DNA from: Candidatus Methanoperedenaceae archaeon | GTDB lineage: Archaea > Halobacteriota > Methanosarcinia > Methanosarcinales > Methanoperedenaceae | Length of the DNA: 64,000 nt | NCBI GenBank assembly: GCA_963753595.1 | Contig: CAVWCX010000037.1 | Span: 18,089-82,088, forward strand | Reading direction: 5' to 3' | Shown: positions 59,203 to 64,000 of the stretch, piece by piece | How positions within the stretch are numbered: position 1 is the first letter of the stretch | How the letters are laid out: the number at the start of each line of letters is the position of its first letter | Program-made: the position numbers and the translations under genes | The notes under the pieces: generated by a model | What the model was told of the DNA's origin: nothing | The model's input: only the letters and a program-made list of their open reading frames with translations | Database searches by the model: none

Positions 59203-59643
59203 TTTCCCGTGATTATCTATCTCCCCATTCCTTATACGGGTGCTGGATATCGGTAAACCATCATCGGCAAGAACATACTCAACAAGGACGATCTTTAACG
59301 GTTCCATGTTTTTTTCAGTGCGTATCCTGTTTATCTTAAGTCCGATAGGATGCGTTTCAGGAGATACTACAAGAAAATCAAAATCCTCATTTATGGTCGG
59401 GCCATAGGGGTCTTCAAGCTTTACGATCCTGGGGATAACGCTATTGTCATTGATAAATTTCATTACTTCATTATAGCGAGATCGATAATCATTGACTTCA
59501 TGGTTCTTGTTTTTCGCCATTTTATCTGATGTCAGCCCTATCAACAGTTCTCCATCCCTTCCCAGTTCAACGGCTTTTATCAAGAGTGCCTTATGCCCGT
59601 CATGCAAGGGGTCAAAAGTTCCTCCAACTGCTACTCGCGGCAT
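59158..59643 (-). CDS. coaD: Phosphopantetheine adenylyltransferase (C-terminus replaced by IS sequence)
   Basis: VGGTFDPLHDGH, DPYGP, VVSPET, ISSTRI..GEID. Confidence 0.92.
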   Translation of the reverse strand: MPRVAVGGTFDPLHDGHKALLIKAVELGRDGELLIGLTSDKMAKNKNHEVNDYRSRYNEVMKFINDNSVIPRIVKLEDPYGPTINEDFDFLVVSPETHPIGLKINRIRTEKNMEPLKIVLVEYVLADDGLPISSTRIRNGEIDNHGKVNCSGLKPQSVPLH

Positions 59644-59711
59644 ATACTCAGGATTGTAAAATCAAACGATAAGAGTATCTTTTAATATCTCTTAGGGGAT
59701 TTTAGGGGGAT

Positions 59712-61220
59712 ATGACAGAAGAGACAATACACTGGGCAGATGTTATAGCGCAAAATGTACTTTCGCGTGGAAAAAAGCATACTGTGGCCTCAGGAATTAC
59801 TCCATCAGGCCCCATTCATTTAGGGAACATGAGAGAAGTCGTGACTGCGGATGCGGTTTATAAAGCGCTTGTAGATAAGGGCGCAGATGTACGCCTGATC
59901 TATATCGCAGACACTTTTGATCCACTTCGTAAAGTATATCCATTCCTTTCAAAGGATTACGAAGCCCATGTGGGAAAACCGCTTTCTGAAATCCCGTGTC
60001 CATGCGGGAACCACAAGAGCTATGCAGAGCATTTCCTTTTACCCTTTATTGAAGCCCTGCACACTCTTGGCATAAAACCTGAGGTTTACAGGGCGGATGT
60101 GCTTTATAAAGAGGGAAAATACGTTGAATCCATTAAAAAAGCCCTGATTAACAGGGATGCCATCGCGCGGATATTGTCCGAAGTTGCAGGCCGCGAAATT
60201 GAATCTGATTGGAGCCCATATAATACAATATGCAAAGAATGCGGGCGGTTGAGTACTACGAAAGTCACAGGTTTCGATGCCCAGAAAGAAACTATTGATT
60301 ATGTTTGCAAATGTGGCTCGGCAGGGACAGTTTCCATGAAAGGCACAGGAAAACTCAACTGGCGCGTTGACTGGCCTTCGAGGTGGCCGCTATTTGGTAC
60401 AACGGTTGAACCTTTTGGCAAAGATCATGCCACCGCGGGAGGTTCTTACGATACAGGAAAACGTATCGCCCGCGAAATATATGATTATGAACCTCCTTAT
60501 CCGATAGTGTATGAGTGGATAATGCTAAAAGGAAAAGGTGCAATGCATTCATCTACCGGTCTTGCGATATCTATAAACGATATGCTTGAAATCGTGCCTC
60601 CGGAAGTCCTTCGCTATCTTATTATCAGGCAAAAACCCGAGAAACATATTGAATTTGACCCCGGCCTTGCTTTTCTTAATCTTATTGATGAGTATGACCA
60701 GGTGGAAGGCGATAAAAGGGCTTACCAGCTTTCAAGCACTCAAGGGACAAAACCCTCAAAAATCCCCTTCAGGCACATGGTTACCGCTGTGCAGATCGCT
60801 GATGACAGGGGGTTTGAGTATCTTCTTACTGTTTTGAAACGAACCGATTATGATACATCTGATGTAGAAGCTATCAGACAAAGAGCAAATAATGCAAGGA
60901 ACTGGCTTGCTAAATATGCTCCCCTGTTTGTTAAGTTCAAAGTCCAGGAGAATATTCCACCGCAGGTAAAAAGTTTCTCAAAAGAACAGAAACTTGCGCT
61001 TACGATCCTTGCAGATCAAATGGAGCATGGGATGTCAGGCCAGGAGATCCATGATAATTTATATAAGGTTGCCGAGCAAACCGGTCTTGACGGAAAACAG
61101 GTGTTTGAGACTGTATATCTGGCGCTTCTCGGTCTGAAATCCGGGCCACGGGCAGGGCATTTCCTTGCGTCCCTGGAGAAGGATTTCGTTGTAAAGAGGT
61201 TTAAAGAGGCAAGTTTGTAA
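59712..61220 (+). CDS. lysS: Class I lysyl-tRNA synthetase
   Basis: [36 protein letters not shown]. Confidence 0.96.
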   Translation: MTEETIHWADVIAQNVLSRGKKHTVASGITPSGPIHLGNMREVVTADAVYKALVDKGADVRLIYIADTFDPLRKVYPFLSKDYEAHVGKPLSEIPCPCGNHKSYAEHFLLPFIEALHTLGIKPEVYRADVLYKEGKYVESIKKALINRDAIARILSEVAGREIESDWSPYNTICKECGRLSTTKVTGFDAQKETIDYVCKCGSAGTVSMKGTGKLNWRVDWPSRWPLFGTTVEPFGKDHATAGGSYDTGKRIAREIYDYEPPYPIVYEWIMLKGKGAMHSSTGLAISINDMLEIVPPEVLRYLIIRQKPEKHIEFDPGLAFLNLIDEYDQVEGDKRAYQLSSTQGTKPSKIPFRHMVTAVQIADDRGFEYLLTVLKRTDYDTSDVEAIRQRANNARNWLAKYAPLFVKFKVQENIPPQVKSFSKEQKLALTILADQMEHGMSGQEIHDNLYKVAEQTGLDGKQVFETVYLALLGLKSGPRAGHFLASLEKDFVVKRFKEASL

Positions 61221-61341
61221 AAAACATAATTATAATACTAATTATTTATATGTTCGTATTTTTACGAACCTAATCTTTAAGTACTATGTAGGATTATTAT
61301 CTCCGAGGATAGTATTATTGTAATAACAATTTACTCATAAT

Positions 61342-63050
61342 ATGACAGAAGGAAGAAAAATTTCACGGCCAATAAATTGGATACTAATATTTGTTGTACT
61401 TTTATATTTTGTCAGTATTGCCGCCGCCTATGAAGGCCTCGAATGGGAAGACGGAATATCCGGGACCTTAAAACGCAATGAAGTAATCTCATTTATGGAC
61501 TATTCGGTAAAGGTTGTGGCTTTTCCTGCTCCTGTAGAATCAGAAAAGTATCAAGATAGACCAATTGAACCAGTCGAACCTTTTGTGGGATTGAATATTT
61601 CCAATAATGGTAGTTTTTTAAATACAACGTTTCTGGGACTTGGAGATTCATTTATCACTGCTGACGGGGAATTTAAGGTTGAAGTCGAAAAACTGCCTTC
61701 AGGTTTATCCAAAGACTGGTTATATGAAAGTTACGCTCCATCGACTACATTAACATTAAGCCAGAGAGGAAAACCACAATTAGAAATAACAATAGAAACT
61801 GATGATGAATATTTATCTACCCCAAATACTGAAGTCAATGCAAAGATCACATTGAAAAATACTGGAACAGCCGCTATCAATAATGTTGATCTGGACATTG
61901 GTACGGAACTTCCCTTATTAAGAGGTTATTTAAAATATCATTATGAGACTCTCACGAAAGGAGGACGAGATCAGTGAGATCGTTGCTTTTTCCACACCAG
62001 TTGTTTCGAATGTAAAAAAATTTAATATATTCGTGAACTCCAGCGGATTTGATGTCAAGGATAATTCATATAAAGCGACACAATTAAAAACGATCTTGAT
62101 CGCCCCATCACCCCAGCAAGCTCCTGTCCTGATGAAAAATACGAATCCAAAGGCTTATTTAAAAGATGTGATCATGGTATCCATTTCTTTTAAGAACAAT
62201 GCTGATTATGAACTCAAAAACGTCAGTATCGTGGATTCTGTTCCAAAAGGATTCAAACAATTGAGCAATAATACACTCCGCTGGGTTGTAAATGTGGGTC
62301 CAAATCAAGAATGGTATTTCCGCTATCTTTTAAAACCAACGGAAGCTGGGAGTGTTTTATTCCCCTCCACTACCGCAGAATTTAAGATAAAGAATGAATT
62401 CTACATGATCCAGTCAAATAGACCTGAGACTGTAATATATGGGCCAAGTATTGAACTGAGTAAACAGGCAGATAAATTAGCAGATCAATCCTGGTGATGA
62501 AGTGACTGTTACAGTCATCGCTAAAAATAGCGGAACCACCCCTACAATGGTCTCTATCAAAGACGATTTACCGCCAGATACAACCCTATTAAGCGGTACT
62601 ACAACCCATGAAGAGTATCTTGAAGCAGGAAAGGAATCAAGTTTCAGTTATACTCTCAGTTCAAATTCCGGAGAACCTATTAGACTGCCTCCGGCTAAAG
62701 CAGAATTTTTTGAATTAGGCTCCACAGGTACAAAATTAACCAAGATGAGCAAAGAGCTCCTTCTAAGCATTAGCCCGCCGCCAACCCCTGAGCCAACTCC
62801 AGAACCCATCCCTGAGGGTTTCGAAATACCAGTTGATCCTATGGAGGGAGACATTCCCCAGGAAGTACCTGAATATGCGGTAAATACTATCCAGGAACCT
62901 GAACCACCCATGATTGCAGAATCTACACCACCTTTTGTTGATGCAAATTCTGTTTTGAACCTCCTTATGGGGTGCGATAATATTAACGATACTGTTCAAC
63001 AAATAAATATGGCAACTGATGTTTGCACCTTTGTAGGAAATAATCCTTAA
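61342..63050 (+). pseudogene. BatD/DUF11-like surface protein split into three ORFs by two +1 frameshifts
   Basis: ORFs 61342-61977, 61943-62497 and 62502-63050 join if single bases near 61960 and 62481 are removed; possibly assembly error. Confidence 0.7.
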
Positions 63051-63643
63051 ATTGACTTCGATATCGAGAGTTTTATGGAAGAAGAGGCTCCTTCTATTTT
63101 ATTTTGCATCAGGTGTTTTAAATCTCCGAGATTTCCTTTCTTTGCGCTTACAGGAACGATCTTATCCAGCCACTGTCTCCAGGGAGGAGACATGCCAAGC
63201 CTTTGTGCTATACCATCAAGCACTAAATCCTGATCTTTCACTTTATCCATTTTGTTAGCAGCTACTATCACATCTATGTCCAGTTCATTGAAGAACTCGA
63301 AAAGCTCAACTTCAACAGGTATTTCATTTCTCTGGATCCACCTGTCCACAATTTCTGCAAATGATGTAGTATTTACGACCATAACTGCAAGCAGGATATT
63401 TGAAGCATTATCTTCAATATAATGAACAATATTATCCTTTATCGCTTCCTGGCCTTTCCTTGTTACTTTGCTCATGTAGCCGAATCCCGGCATATCTGTA
63501 ATTTGAATATTCTGATAAGGTAAGTGAAGGGGTTTTCTTGTTACGCCAGGAAGTTTTCCTACCGGAACTTTCTTTCCCGTAAGCGCCCTGATCAGCGTGG
63601 ATTTTCCAACATTTGATCTTCCGACAAAAATTATCTCTTTCAT
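63047..63643 (-). CDS. engB: GTP-binding protein EngB
   Basis: GRSNVGKS, PGVT, DMPGFG, NKMD, SAK. Confidence 0.93.
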   Translation of the reverse strand: MKEIIFVGRSNVGKSTLIRALTGKKVPVGKLPGVTRKPLHLPYQNIQITDMPGFGYMSKVTRKGQEAIKDNIVHYIEDNASNILLAVMVVNTTSFAEIVDRWIQRNEIPVEVELFEFFNELDIDVIVAANKMDKVKDQDLVLDGIAQRLGMSPPWRQWLDKIVPVSAKKGNLGDLKHLMQNKIEGASSSIKLSISKSI

Positions 63644-63719
63644 GTAGCAACTGCATTTATCAAAGTCATATAAAAATGCTTCCAGCTGGTTCCAGCGCGC
63701 CACCTGTAATAAGATGAAC

Positions 63720-64000
63720 CTACGCCTTTGGTCTGTGCCTGAAAACTGCTGCGAATATCAATACAATGATCCCAAACATGATATTGAACCCTGGAGTGAT
63801 GGGGGTGGGAGTTGGTTCCGGGGGGATTGCTTGTGATGATTTTATATTTGACAGGGTCGTTTCTTGGGATTGCATTTCCTGGACATTTGGAGTTAAAGTT
63901 GGAATTGCTGGATTTATCGATCTGTTCATCGTTGGGTCGATCACTGTGATTACGGGACGTTCCGATTTTACCGATGAGCGTGTCATTCCCCTGTACTCCA
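63720..64000 (-). CDS. C-terminal part of a PGF-CTERM surface protein (runs off window)
   Basis: Pro/Thr linker then TPGF, hydrophobic TM and basic tail RHRPKA. Confidence 0.75.
   Translation of the reverse strand, partial: EYRGMTRSSVKSERPVITVIDPTMNRSINPAIPTLTPNVQEMQSQETTLSNIKSSQAIPPEPTPTPITPGFNIMFGIIVLIFAAVFRHRPKA

Noticed and set aside
57889-59205. ACTTT at both ends of the TnpB element as a target-site duplication
   Set aside because: The second copy has a different right flank (TCAC|AAAC), and IS200/IS605 elements do not make TSDs; coincidence
248-63656. Numerous overlapping antisense or alternate-frame ORFs in the track
   Set aside because: Shadows of well-supported genes; no motifs or translation signals

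Overview
This 64 kb window is archaeal chromosome from a methanogen or ANME lineage. The gene set (fae, mfnA, class I lysS, cooC, PGF-CTERM and BatD-like surface proteins, type A RNase P RNA) points to Methanosarcinales; Ca. Methanoperedens is the best guess, by inference only. Most of it is housekeeping: secDF, moaA, dph6, pcc1-pfdB-DHH, trmI, rfcL, guaA, serA, the riboflavin reductase, aroE-tyrA, radB, coaD, lysS, engB, tRNA-iMet and RNase P RNA. Accessory content includes an IS1634-type element, an IS1182 element, two toxin-antitoxin loci and several unannotated small ORFs and structured RNAs. The most notable structure is an IS200/IS605 (TnpB) family present twice. A full copy (57892-59202) sits inside the last codons of coaD. 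A second copy (49326-51221) has lost tnpB by a 7-bp microhomology deletion and keeps mainly the omegaRNA/right-end region, and an IS1182 has inserted into its right-end hairpin loop. Both copies follow the tetranucleotide ATAC, which the left-end guide sequence ATCG independently predicts. Several single-base indels suggest residual assembly error, so pseudogene calls are tentative. No CRISPR array was found. All family assignments come from motif recognition by eye, not database searches.
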